58,796 bases of DNA, from positions 1 to 58,796 of the forward strand of contig CAMAJR010000002.1 of the NCBI GenBank assembly GCA_945835885.1, read 5' to 3'. The position numbers and the translations under genes are program-made. The stretch comes from an uncultured Alphaproteobacteria bacterium (GTDB taxonomy: Bacteria > Pseudomonadota > Alphaproteobacteria > RF32 > CAG-239). The notes below the pieces were generated by a model. It was not told where the DNA came from, searched no databases, and was given only the letters and a program-made list of their open reading frames with translations. Each line of letters begins with the position of its first letter. Position 1 is the stretch's first letter. Below, one piece after another: positions 1 to 9,440 of this stretch.

Positions 1-127
1 CTTTATTGAAATGGATTGTCGATGAATATATTATTAAAAATAAAGATGTTTATAATATTTTTTTATGTGTGGATTATCCGTTTTTTCTTAATATACTTTT
101 AAGCAATATGGAATAGAGGAAGCAAAA

Positions 128-931
128 ATGATTGGATTGGCTTATCCGGAAATATCGCCGATAATTTTTTCAATCGGACCGATAGCAATACGTTGGTATT
201 CGCTGGCCTACTTGGTCGGTATATTGTTTGCGTGGTGGCAGGCGACGACGCGCGTCAAAAAATACGATTTGGGATTGACACGAACCAATTGCGAAGATGC
301 CGTTTTTGCGGCAACAATCGGTATTCTTGCCGGTGGCAGAATCGGTTATATTTTGTTTTATGGCGTGTCGCAATATTGGCAAAATCCTTGGGAAATGGTG
401 GCAATTTGGCACGGCGGAATGTCGTTTCACGGCGGCATTTTCGGGGTAATTATCGCTCTGTGGATTTATACGCACAAAATTAAATATCCTTTTTTGAAAC
501 TGACCGATTTGGCGGCGCCGTTGGTGCCGGTCGGAATATTTTTGGGCCGAATCGCGAATTTTATTAACGACGAACTGTGGGGACGCGTGACTGATGTTTC
601 TTGGGCGGTGCGCTTTCCGCGCGGCGGATATTTGCCGCGTCATCCGTCACAGCTTTATGAAGCATTTTTTGAAGGAATATGCTTATTTATTATACTGAAT
701 CTGATGTGGCGTCACAAATGGTGTCGTGAACGCACGGGGCTGATTTCAGGCACGTTTTTGCTCGGATACGCCGTGTTTCGGATGGTTGTGGAGCGGTTTC
801 GCGAGCCGGATGCGCAGCTTGGTTTTTTACAGTTTGGTATGACAATGGGGCAGTGGCTTTCGTTGCCGATAACACTACTCGGCGTTTGGCTGGTTGTTCG
901 TTCGTTTTTATCGCATAAATCGGAAGATTAA
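128..931 (+). CDS. lgt: Prolipoprotein diacylglyceryl transferase
   Basis: 267-aa polytopic membrane ORF with Lgt hallmarks (IRWYSLAYLVG, HGGMSFHGG, GRIANFINDELWG, HPSQLYE). GAGGAAG SD just upstream of the ATG. Confidence 0.93.
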   Translation: MIGLAYPEISPIIFSIGPIAIRWYSLAYLVGILFAWWQATTRVKKYDLGLTRTNCEDAVFAATIGILAGGRIGYILFYGVSQYWQNPWEMVAIWHGGMSFHGGIFGVIIALWIYTHKIKYPFLKLTDLAAPLVPVGIFLGRIANFINDELWGRVTDVSWAVRFPRGGYLPRHPSQLYEAFFEGICLFIILNLMWRHKWCRERTGLISGTFLLGYAVFRMVVERFREPDAQLGFLQFGMTMGQWLSLPITLLGVWLVVRSFLSHKSED

Positions 932-2100
932 GCAACGGTTACGATGTTGCAATTAAAACGATGGTTTTTTTGCAGGGCGTTATGAGTGCGTTCGGTTACT
1001 TCATTAGCGTCAAGGTCTTTGCGCGTTTTTTCTGACACGCAAACGGAAATTGTGATTTTTATACTTTTCATTGTGGCAAAAACAAATTCGGCAGCGGCGA
1101 TGTTACGCCGTATGTTTTCGGCAAACTCTTTGACGTGGTTGGCGTCTTCGTTTTTAAACACCATAATCAGTTCTTCGTCATTATAACGATATAAGCTCAT
1201 TTCATACGGCAGTTCACGAATCCGATTGACCACCATTTGTTCAAGCACCGTTAATTTTTTGCTGCCGAGAACTTTGAGCAATTTGTCGTGGTTGTCAATA
1301 CTGAACAGTGCGATAGTGTATTTATACGGAAATTTTGTGTTGGCCTGAGTTAAATAAGCAATTTTACTGCCGACATTTTCAAGATAATCATTGTGGTATG
1401 AGTGATGCAAATGTAACAATGTGACACAAAACAAAATTAACGCAAAACTCAAGAAAAATGTTGTTTGACCGGAGGCCGTATCGGCATAAATCATTCCTAA
1501 AAATAAGGCACTGTCGGCATAAAACAGACCGGTATTGATAATCGTGTTTTTAAAGCTGATATTGATGGCAAGCGGCGCCAGTAAAACAACCCACAAGGTG
1601 CAAGCCCATAACGGCATGGCTTCAAGCGAGATTTCAATGTGCGGAACATTGTTAAACAACGGACAAATGTGAGTCCATATCACGGCTTCGACAAGCAAGC
1701 CGAAAAGAAGATATTTGTTACGCGGTTGCGACAGGTGTGATTGCGGCAAAAAATATAAAAATATAAAATTGAGCGGCAAAACAAAGCACAGGCATCGGAA
1801 TTCGGCAGAGCTCGAAAATTCGGAACCGTATTTGATTTTAAGCGTGTTGATGATAAAGTAGCAGACAATGCCCAAAACTAAACTGAATAACGGTTTGGAA
1901 CGTCCGGATATAAGCAGAATTGCGGTCGTAAATGCAGTAATAATTAAAAACGAATAATGCATAACGGCGCTGAATGTGAAACTGAACGGATTTTGCGAAT
2001 AAAACAGTAATAAGCCCAAAAATAAGAAAAATGCCGGTAAAAAAGAGCTTTTTATCGTTGAAAAAATGTATTTCAAATTTTCGGCTTTTTTTAATATCAC
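928..2100 (-). CDS. Integral membrane protein with C-terminal degenerate GGDEF-like domain
   Basis: About 230 aa of TM helices, then a ~160-aa domain laid out like a GGDEF domain (ALFSIDNHDKL, LYRYNDEELIMVF where RxGGDEF is expected, ITISVCVSE). GTG start after a GGGAGA SD. Its stop shares the palindrome TTAA with the lgt stop. Confidence 0.55.
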   Translation of the reverse strand: MILKKAENLKYIFSTIKSSFLPAFFLFLGLLLFYSQNPFSFTFSAVMHYSFLIITAFTTAILLISGRSKPLFSLVLGIVCYFIINTLKIKYGSEFSSSAEFRCLCFVLPLNFIFLYFLPQSHLSQPRNKYLLFGLLVEAVIWTHICPLFNNVPHIEISLEAMPLWACTLWVVLLAPLAINISFKNTIINTGLFYADSALFLGMIYADTASGQTTFFLSFALILFCVTLLHLHHSYHNDYLENVGSKIAYLTQANTKFPYKYTIALFSIDNHDKLLKVLGSKKLTVLEQMVVNRIRELPYEMSLYRYNDEELIMVFKNEDANHVKEFAENIRRNIAAAEFVFATMKSIKITISVCVSEKTRKDLDANEVTERTHNALQKNHRFNCNIVTVA

Positions 2101-2149
2101 GATTGTTCTCCCGTATGAAAGAGCATCATAATTTAAAAGCGTTTAAATT

Positions 2150-3235
2150 TTATTTAATTTTATGAACACATTTAAGAATTGAACTGTCACCGTATGAATA
2201 AAAACGGTAACGTTCGGCAATCGCGTGCGCATAAGCCGCTTTCATACGCTCGGTACCGGCAATCGCACAAATCAGCATAAACAGTGTTGATTTCGGCAGG
2301 TGAAAATTTGTGATAATCATATCCAATATTTTGAACTTATACCCCGGTGTGATGAAAATATCGGTTTCGCCGCAAAACGGGTGAAGTATGCCGTTGTCGT
2401 CGGCGGCGCTTTCGAGCAATCGCACAGAGGTTGTGCCGACGGCAATAACGCGCCGTCCTTCTTTTTTGGCTTGATTGATGAGGTCCGCGGTTTTTGGAGA
2501 AATAACACCATATTCGGCGTGCATTTTATGATTTTCGGTATCATCTGTTTTGACCGGTAAAAAAGTTCCGGCTCCGACGTGCAAGGTTAAAAACACGCGT
2601 TGAATGCCCATATCGTCGATTTCTTTAAGCAACCGGTCGGTAAAATGCAAACCGGCCGTCGGTGCGGCAACCGCGCCTTCGTGCTTAGCATAAACGGTTT
2701 GATAATCCTCTTTATCATTATACGGATTCCACAAACCGGCCAGCGGCTTGTCGCGTTTGATATACGGCGGCAACGGCATAGAACCGTATTGTTCAAGTTT
2801 ATGACCGAGCAAATCAGGGGCGCAGTTAAAGCGGATAAAAACGCCGTCTTCGCTGTCTTTTTGTAAAATTTCAGCAGAAAAGTCAGACTCCTCGGCCGTG
2901 ATGTCTGCCGTGTAAAAACGAATCGTGTCACCGACGTGCAATCGTTTTGAATTTTTGATAAACGACCACCAACTCAGTCCGTCATCAGGGTGATAAAGCG
3001 TGACTTCAACCAAGGCCTCGCCGCGTTTGCCGTAAAGCCGTGCCGGAATAACTTTGGTGTCGTTAAAGACCATAACATCTCCTTTGCGCAGAATTTTCGG
3101 CAGGTCGTAGAAGTGTCTGTCGACGATTGCGTTTTCTTCCGACAAATCGAGCAGCCGCGACGAATCACGGGGATTCACCGGTTGTTTGGCAATCAGTTCT
3201 TTATCTAAGTCAAAATCAAATAAATCCACTTTCAT
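2150..3235 (-). CDS. queA: S-adenosylmethionine:tRNA ribosyltransferase-isomerase
   Basis: 361-aa ORF. N-terminus MKVDLFDFDLDKELIAKQPVNPRDSSRLL plus VAAPTAGLHFT and VGTTSVR motifs are typical of QueA. AAGGGAAAG SD. Confidence 0.95.
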   Translation of the reverse strand: MKVDLFDFDLDKELIAKQPVNPRDSSRLLDLSEENAIVDRHFYDLPKILRKGDVMVFNDTKVIPARLYGKRGEALVEVTLYHPDDGLSWWSFIKNSKRLHVGDTIRFYTADITAEESDFSAEILQKDSEDGVFIRFNCAPDLLGHKLEQYGSMPLPPYIKRDKPLAGLWNPYNDKEDYQTVYAKHEGAVAAPTAGLHFTDRLLKEIDDMGIQRVFLTLHVGAGTFLPVKTDDTENHKMHAEYGVISPKTADLINQAKKEGRRVIAVGTTSVRLLESAADDNGILHPFCGETDIFITPGYKFKILDMIITNFHLPKSTLFMLICAIAGTERMKAAYAHAIAERYRFYSYGDSSILKCVHKIK

Positions 3236-3491
3236 CGGCTTTCCCTTGCAATATTTATATTGATTTGCTTTATATTATGGGCTTAAAAATAAAGCAAGTC
3301 TTTTTTATAAACCAATATTTGGCAATTTTTTTAATTTGTCTATGCCCCTATTTTAGGGAAGATTCGCCGATTATGAAAAAAATATCAAAAAAAAAAGCAT
3401 TTTTTTGACAAAAAGTGTTGCAAAATGGTAAAAATGGTTGTATAGTCATCGCAGAAATAATGAGAAATATGCACTTTAAAGGAGTTTAGAA

Positions 3492-6122
3492 ATGGCAAAT
3501 AAAAGCAAAACTGCAGGTATTCGCAGTGTTGAAGACGCAGAAAAAATTATTCAGTCGTATGCCTATGGGAAAGATTTGGATACAGCAATTCTTTATTTAA
3601 AGAAAAATGATCCGGAAAACAGCGTGTTGGCAACCATTAAGGATTTTGAAAACGATCGTCCGATGCTGAAGGTGTTAAACGCGATGTATCGTGCCGATGA
3701 AGCACGCAAAAATAATGATACGGCCGAGTTGCAAAAAATTGCCGAATTTTTGAACAGCTATAAGGCATATAAAAACAAAGACGATATGAGGGCGATTTTA
3801 AAAGATTTTCCTGAAATCAGTTCGGAAGAAAAAACCGCTATCGAAGAAATCGCTGTTGAAACGGAAAAGACCAATCGCATTCACGAAAAACAAGAAATCG
3901 TTCGTGAAAAAACCCCGAGTATGAGTGATGATGAAATCGTTGCCAACAGTGAACAAATCCAAGAGATGTTGAAAAAATGGTCTGCAGCCATTACCGAAAA
4001 AGATAATGTTACGGTGGTAGACAGCAACGGTGAGGTATTGGATGCCGAAAAGTCAAAAGAAATCAGAGGTCTTCATCGCCAATGGGTTGAATTGGATATT
4101 ATCAGCAAGCATTCCGATAATGCTGCCTTTGTTGCGATGAGTGACAAAGATAAAGAAGAAACTCTGAAAAGAGATATTTATGACCGTTTCTGGAGCGATG
4201 TTGAAGCAATGGCGGCGACGACTGCCGATTTAAACGGTGCCGATGATGCGGAAATTGAAAAAGTTCGTGCCAAAGCGCAACGTCATGAGCCGGTTGTTAT
4301 CAGAGCAGACGTTTATGATGCCAACAGAGAAGAATTAAAAGAAGACATTGCCAATAAAGTTAATGAATTCGGTAAGCAAAAGAAAGAAAAATCTAAGAGC
4401 TGGTTCGCACGTAAGTTAGAAAAACTGAACAATCTTTCGCGCAAAATTACGGGTTATACACCGGCTGAATTCGGTAAGATGGTGTTCAGCGTATTCTCAA
4501 AAAGACGTTTTGCTGCCAATGTTGCGGCGAGCGTGGGTGCTTTGGGCTTGTCCGGTTATGGAGCTACCAGTGCGGCAGCAACCATTGCCGCCGGTGCCGG
4601 CGTGATGGCTGCGGCACCGGCAATCGCTGTTGCGGCTACGGGTATTGCGGCCTATGGCCTTTACAGTGCTTATTCGCAACAAAGATGGAGTATTTGGGAA
4701 AAGAAACACGCCTATTGGAAAGCCGCCAAAGAAAAAGGCGATACACAAGAAATGGCCAAATGGTCGGGTATGACCGGTTGGAATAATGCTTTGAAGGCAA
4801 TTAAGGCCAATCCGGAAGAAAACAAAGTTTATGAACAAATCAAGAAAAATAATAAACGTTACGGCTTACTTGCCGGTGCATTGATGGGGGTCGGCACGGC
4901 ATTCGTTCCGGGTGGAAACGTTGTCGGACGTTTGTTAGGTGCCGGTGCTCGCGGTGTCGGTGCTAATGTGAATGCAAAGTTTATGTATGATTTGGCAAAA
5001 CAAAAATATGCCGAAAATCAGACTGAGCAAAATGAAATCAATATGAAGCGCGCGCGCACAGGGTTGGTTTTGGGTATTGTCGGCACAACTCTTATGGAAG
5101 CTGCCGTTGCCTACAGCGCTTCTCATCCGATTGGGGTTGAACACAATCCGGAAAATGTTGCGTCTAACGGTGCAGAACACAGTCATGCCGCAGAAGCTGC
5201 TGTCAGAGATGAAAATGCCGCTGAAGCGACTCCGGGGGTAGATGCTGAAGCTACTGTTGCAAGGGTTGAGGTTCCGAATCACTACAGCTCTGATTTAGGC
5301 GGTACGGAAAAGCAGTGGACAATTATTCATAAATACGGTGATGACATTTATGAAGAGCATTATCTTCATACATACAATGCGCAACAGGCACATCCGGATG
5401 CTTTTGTGAACTCTGACGGTTCGCATATGACAACTATGGAAGCGCAATACAAGAGTCAGGTTATTTTAGAGGGATTGGCTAAGGAAGGTAAAGACCACCA
5501 CTTCCGCCTGTTTGATGAAAATCACGTTGAAGTGTTTAAGACCAAAGACGGCGATGGTTTTGTTTATGCCAACGGCACTAAAGTTACATCAACGAATATT
5601 GCGCCTGAGTGCTGGGGCAGTGAAGAAAGAGTTGAAACTTTCCGCGCTCTTTACAAGGCCATCGATTGCGGTGAAAGAGTTGACGGTTTAAATGCTGCTC
5701 AAATTAATGCAATGTATAAAGATGTTTTGAGCGGACACGGAAATGCTTATGCCGTGACCAACGAATGCGGCGATATTGAATGGTATCACACATTGACTCG
5801 CAGGGTTGCGCATAAAGTACCTGCTCCTGTGAGTGAACAGACGACAATCAACGAAGTGCCGCCGGCAGATGCCGATATTCAAAATGATGTTCAAATTCTT
5901 GATAAACCAGTAGAAGATGCTAAGGTTGACGGCAGTGTTGAAATTGTGGAAAAACCGGCTCAAGATCATCAGGTTGATGACGGTGCGGTTGTTGGAACAA
6001 AATCGCAACTCGGCAAAGGCACAACATCCAAAACCCACCTTGCTGACGGTCATCACGTTGACGGCGGGACTAGAATAGTTCCGGGGTCGATGGTTAATAT
6101 CGGTCGTGAAGTCGGCAGATAA
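3492..6122 (+). CDS. Large orphan protein (876 aa) with central Gly/Ala-rich hydrophobic segments
   Basis: Long ORF with an AAGGAG SD and candidate promoter elements upstream (TTGACA 3405-3410; TTGCAA-17 nt-TATAGT 3418-3446). No signal peptide. Charged helical N-terminal third, hydrophobic stretch AANVAASVGALGLSGYGATSAAATIAAGAGVMAAAPAIAVAATGIAAYGLYSAY plus two more Gly-rich hydrophobic segments, and a soluble C-terminal half. I recognise no family. Confidence 0.7.
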   Translation: MANKSKTAGIRSVEDAEKIIQSYAYGKDLDTAILYLKKNDPENSVLATIKDFENDRPMLKVLNAMYRADEARKNNDTAELQKIAEFLNSYKAYKNKDDMRAILKDFPEISSEEKTAIEEIAVETEKTNRIHEKQEIVREKTPSMSDDEIVANSEQIQEMLKKWSAAITEKDNVTVVDSNGEVLDAEKSKEIRGLHRQWVELDIISKHSDNAAFVAMSDKDKEETLKRDIYDRFWSDVEAMAATTADLNGADDAEIEKVRAKAQRHEPVVIRADVYDANREELKEDIANKVNEFGKQKKEKSKSWFARKLEKLNNLSRKITGYTPAEFGKMVFSVFSKRRFAANVAASVGALGLSGYGATSAAATIAAGAGVMAAAPAIAVAATGIAAYGLYSAYSQQRWSIWEKKHAYWKAAKEKGDTQEMAKWSGMTGWNNALKAIKANPEENKVYEQIKKNNKRYGLLAGALMGVGTAFVPGGNVVGRLLGAGARGVGANVNAKFMYDLAKQKYAENQTEQNEINMKRARTGLVLGIVGTTLMEAAVAYSASHPIGVEHNPENVASNGAEHSHAAEAAVRDENAAEATPGVDAEATVARVEVPNHYSSDLGGTEKQWTIIHKYGDDIYEEHYLHTYNAQQAHPDAFVNSDGSHMTTMEAQYKSQVILEGLAKEGKDHHFRLFDENHVEVFKTKDGDGFVYANGTKVTSTNIAPECWGSEERVETFRALYKAIDCGERVDGLNAAQINAMYKDVLSGHGNAYAVTNECGDIEWYHTLTRRVAHKVPAPVSEQTTINEVPPADADIQNDVQILDKPVEDAKVDGSVEIVEKPAQDHQVDDGAVVGTKSQLGKGTTSKTHLADGHHVDGGTRIVPGSMVNIGREVGR

Positions 6123-6140
6123 TTTCCAGCAAATAAAACG

Positions 6141-6172
6141 AAAAAGGCGCTTCCCAAGAAGCGCCTTTTTTG
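6141..6172. terminator. Bidirectional intrinsic terminator between convergent genes
   Basis: aaaaa-GGCGCTTC-ccaa-GAAGCGCC-tttttt. Perfect 8-bp GC-rich stem flanked by an A-run and a T-run. Confidence 0.85.
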
Positions 6173-6188
6173 TTGTGTTTGTCAAAAG

Positions 6189-7916
6189 TTACGCGGCAGA
6201 TATAAGGCAACCGGCAACATCTTTACCGTTTTCACGGCGCAAGACAAGGTCGTGTTGCTTAATTTGCAAATAGCCGAGATTTTGCAAAAGTTGCCGCAGA
6301 TATTCGGGATTATGTTTATAGCGCCCGTTTGCTTGAACGGTATATTTTTCAACAGTCGAATCCGTTTCAACCGAAAAAATCAAACGCGTTGGTGCGCAAG
6401 CGGAAAAAATCGGTCGCAAATCGCCGAAATAGCAAAAAACATCGGCAGCGATAACACAATCAATATCGGTCGGTAAATTGTGCAAATATTCTGTAATATC
6501 GGCTTGCTTCAGTTCGGAATAGATATTTTTTTGCCGTGCCAAATCTAACATTTTTGCCGAAATATCGACTCCGATAAATTCGTTATCCGTCGTTTTGAGT
6601 TTTTGCGCGACCAAACCGGTGCCGCAACCAAGGTCAAGAATTCGACCGTTGAACGGTGCGCAGAGTTCGGCAATTTTCTCGACCACGGAATACTGAATGT
6701 TTTTGAGTGTTTGCTCATAAGTGGCGGCAAAATTGTCAAACAACAGCTCGTTATATGCCGTTTCGTTGGCGGCGGTTTGATGATTGATGGCCGACCAAAG
6801 ATGCTGAACGATAATATTTTCCGGCATTTTTTGATACCAATTTTCGCAGATTTTGTGTGCTTTTTCCGGTGCTTGTTCGTTAAACAGCACTAAGGTTTCG
6901 GCAATATTCAAGCTCCAATCGGTATGCTCAGGTGCCAAATAAAAAGCGTGAAACATCAAATCGAGCGCCTGTTCGTATTCTTCCAAACTTTTCAAAATCA
7001 GCGCCAAATTATAGCTCAGTTCCGGTGTTTGCGGCGACAGAATTACGGCCTTGCGATATTCTTCGAGTCCCTCAAGCGTGCGTTTGTTGCGGCACAGCAT
7101 TTCGGCGTAATTGGTGTGCAATCGGAGGTTGTCCGGTGCGATTTCTATGCCGCGCTTATAGAGTTTTTCCGCTTCGCCGAAGTTATGCGAATCGGCTTCT
7201 ATATCGGCTAAGTTCATCAGTGCCGTCACATTGTGCGGATTTATGCTCAGCGCCTGATAGAATAGTTTTTGCGCCGGTTCGGTTTGTTTGAGGGCAATCA
7301 AAGATTCGCCGAGCATAGATTTAATTTCGTCATCTTCCGCCAGCGCATCGGCTTGTTGCAAATAATCGGCGGCGCGGGCATAATCGGCGCTAACAAAGGC
7401 GCGGCGACCGAGATAATAGAGTGCTTGCGGATTGCCGGCGGCCAGTTTTTCGAGCGAATCCGTATTATCGCTGACTTCTGCCAAGTTGGTTGCCGCCTCA
7501 AGATATGTCGAATCAAGTGCTAAAGCGGCGGAAAATTGTTCTTTGGCGGCATCAAGATTATTTTGCGCCCAGTAGAGATTGCCTAAGCCGAAATGCGCTT
7601 CTTTGCAATCGGGTTTGAGGGTGAGAACCTTTTGATACGCCTCGGTTGCCTCCAAAAATTTGCCCAAAGCGCCGAGTGAAACGGCTAAATTAAAGAAAAT
7701 AGGCCAATGTTGCGGCGCATTTTCTATTGCCTTGTAAAAGTAGTTGACCGCTTCGCCGTGAATGCCGCGAGTTTGTGCAATCAGCCCAAGCAGATTGAGC
7801 ACATCGGCGTTATTGGGCGCGGTTTCTAAAATTTGCCGATAGATTTGTTCCGCCTCGTTTAAGGCACCGTTTTGCTGCAATTCAATCGCTTTTTGAAACA
7901 TTAACTGGTATGACAT
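6189..7916 (-). CDS. TPR-repeat protein fused to class I SAM-dependent methyltransferase
   Basis: The N-terminal ~380 aa consist of repeated 34-aa TPR-like units (A..Y......P....A...LG pattern). The C-terminal domain carries methyltransferase motif I, ILDLGCGTGLVAQKL. AAGGAG SD. Confidence 0.8.
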   Translation of the reverse strand: MSYQLMFQKAIELQQNGALNEAEQIYRQILETAPNNADVLNLLGLIAQTRGIHGEAVNYFYKAIENAPQHWPIFFNLAVSLGALGKFLEATEAYQKVLTLKPDCKEAHFGLGNLYWAQNNLDAAKEQFSAALALDSTYLEAATNLAEVSDNTDSLEKLAAGNPQALYYLGRRAFVSADYARAADYLQQADALAEDDEIKSMLGESLIALKQTEPAQKLFYQALSINPHNVTALMNLADIEADSHNFGEAEKLYKRGIEIAPDNLRLHTNYAEMLCRNKRTLEGLEEYRKAVILSPQTPELSYNLALILKSLEEYEQALDLMFHAFYLAPEHTDWSLNIAETLVLFNEQAPEKAHKICENWYQKMPENIIVQHLWSAINHQTAANETAYNELLFDNFAATYEQTLKNIQYSVVEKIAELCAPFNGRILDLGCGTGLVAQKLKTTDNEFIGVDISAKMLDLARQKNIYSELKQADITEYLHNLPTDIDCVIAADVFCYFGDLRPIFSACAPTRLIFSVETDSTVEKYTVQANGRYKHNPEYLRQLLQNLGYLQIKQHDLVLRRENGKDVAGCLISAA

Positions 7917-7981
7917 TTTTTCTCCTTAATGGTATTGTAATCGCTTTACGCATAAAATCCAGCTGTAATTGCATTTTTTGC

Positions 7982-8010
7982 TTGAAAAATGTGTAAAAAT
8001 GGTGTAGTTT
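7982..8010 (+). promoter_or_regulatory. Candidate sigma70 promoter of rpsD
   Basis: TTGAAA (7982-7987), 17-nt spacer, TAGTTT (8005-8010). Confidence 0.45.
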
Positions 8011-8147
8011 GCTCTCACTTCCGAGAAGGCAGATTGTCCTTAAATAGGAGAATCTCGTTGCAAAGTGTGGCTGGAGGCGGTTGCTTACAGCGTTGAGTTT
8101 GCAACTATCGGGACAATAATATTAACAAACAAAAAAGGATAAATTTA
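8011..8147 (+). promoter_or_regulatory. Structured 5' leader of rpsD (candidate S4 autoregulatory element)
   Basis: Nested helices: ATTGTCC 8033-8039 pairs with GGACAAT 8111-8117, enclosing GTTGCAAA 8057-8064 paired with TTTGCAAC 8098-8105. The structure ends about 30 nt before the start codon. Confidence 0.4.
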
Positions 8148-8762
8148 ATGAAAAGTATTGTTTCTGCAAAGAAAAAACTCAGCCGTAGTTATGGCGAAAA
8201 CCTTTGGGGTGATAATAACAGCCCGTTTAACAAAAGAGGCTATCGCCCTGGTCAACACGGTCAAAGAAAAGCAAAAATTACCGACTATGGTCAACAATTG
8301 ATTGCTAAGCAAAAACTGAAAGTTTATTACGGTAACATTTCCGAAAAGCAATTCGGAAAATATTATGCCGAGGCAATTCGTCGTTCGGGCGATGCTGCCG
8401 AAAACTTAATCGGTTTGCTCGAATCACGTTTGGACAACTTGGTTTATAAGGCAAAGTTTGTGCCGACCGTATTTGCAGCACGTCAGTTTGTCAATCACGG
8501 TCATATTACCGTTAACGGTAAAAAAGTGAACATTCCGTCTTATATGGTTAAGGCCGGTGATGTGATTGAAGTTCGCGAAAAATCTAAGAGCTTGGCTATT
8601 GTTGCGACGGCTCTTGAATCGCAAACACGCGAATGGCCGACATATTTGGAAGTTGATGCCAAAAAGATGAAGGCAACATATACTTTTGTGCCGAAGTTTG
8701 ATGATGTTCCTTACGCAGCTGTGATGGAACCGAACTTGGTTATCGAATACTACTCCAGATAG
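8148..8762 (+). CDS. rpsD: 30S ribosomal protein S4
   Basis: 204-aa ORF with S4 N-terminal region (RPGQHGQRK) and S4 RNA-binding domain ([42 protein letters not shown]). Confidence 0.96.
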   Translation: MKSIVSAKKKLSRSYGENLWGDNNSPFNKRGYRPGQHGQRKAKITDYGQQLIAKQKLKVYYGNISEKQFGKYYAEAIRRSGDAAENLIGLLESRLDNLVYKAKFVPTVFAARQFVNHGHITVNGKKVNIPSYMVKAGDVIEVREKSKSLAIVATALESQTREWPTYLEVDAKKMKATYTFVPKFDDVPYAAVMEPNLVIEYYSR

Positions 8763-8790
8763 TAAGAACTCTTTTATTGGGTTACTATTT

Positions 8791-8848
8791 GAAAGTTTCT
8801 TCGCTTATGTATCTTTTTATACACCGCGCGAAGAAACTTTCTTTGTAT
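8791..8848 (+). terminator. rpsD terminator hairpin
   Basis: Perfect 14-bp inverted repeat GAAAGTTTCTTCGC (8791-8804) / GCGAAGAAACTTTC (8828-8841) followed by TTTGTATT. The loop is unusually large (23 nt). Confidence 0.6.
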
Positions 8849-9024
8849 TAACCTCACTAAAAGAATTTTTTATTTGGAGGAAATCCGTGGAAAAACCCTT
8901 TTTCTATTAACTCAATTCCCTGAATTTCTGAGAGTTTTCTGCTAATCACCGTCATTTAAGAGGCATACCATGACACAAGAAATCAGATAGGGGCAAATTT
9001 GCACAGAATCCGGAGGCGGCAGAA

Positions 9025-9438
9025 ATGGTGATTAACGGTTCTTCTTCAAAAATAGCCGACGATAAAGCGCTGATGTATCCGTATATCGATTATACTAACT
9101 CTAATTTTATTGATAATTTACCGAAGAATAAGGAAAACAATATCTTAATTTTGGGCGCAGGCGGTTTTACCATAGGGCTTAATGATGTGCGAAATCATTA
9201 TGTTTTTTTAGATGTAATCGGGCAACTTCCACACATATCGGAGGAACATTTTTTACATCAGAACTTGACCGACAATAAATAATTTATTGTGCAAGATGCT
9301 TATTTGTATATGCTCAGAAATACGCAAAAGTTTGATTTGATTGTGGTGGATTTGTATTCTTCGCGCATTTCGGACAGTAACGCGCGCATCAAATCGGTAG
9401 CAAATAAACATTTGCTTGGTAAATTCGGTATTGGATAA
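9025..9438 (+). pseudogene. Spermidine-synthase-like (class I methyltransferase fold) pseudogene, interrupted and truncated
   Basis: The ORF carries NILILGAGGFTIG (motif I-like) and ends at an in-frame TAA (9280-9282). The same frame continues FIVQDAYLYMLRNTQKFDLIVVDLYS, which resembles the DA..fl....yDvIivD motif, then stops after about 25 more codons, far short of a full domain. Upstream (8887 onward) there are only short broken ORFs behind a GGAGG SD. Confidence 0.5.
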
Positions 9439-9440
9439 GA

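Noticed and set aside
170-643. Many long ORFs in the track lie antisense to or nested within recognisable genes (e.g. 170-643, 4497-4838, 5688-6185, 11970-12404, 19816-20232, 33434-33958, 44775-45266, 55427-55975).
   Set aside because: They overlap genes with clear family signatures. They also lack SD sequences and have low-complexity, Arg/Cys-rich compositions typical of shadow frames, so I treated them as non-coding.
9280-9282. In-frame TAA in the spermidine-synthase-like ORF as possible stop-codon reassignment or programmed readthrough.
   Set aside because: TAA terminates many well-defined genes in this window (lgt, pyrH, the TAATG junctions). The downstream part is also truncated, so pseudogenisation or a sequencing error is the simpler explanation.
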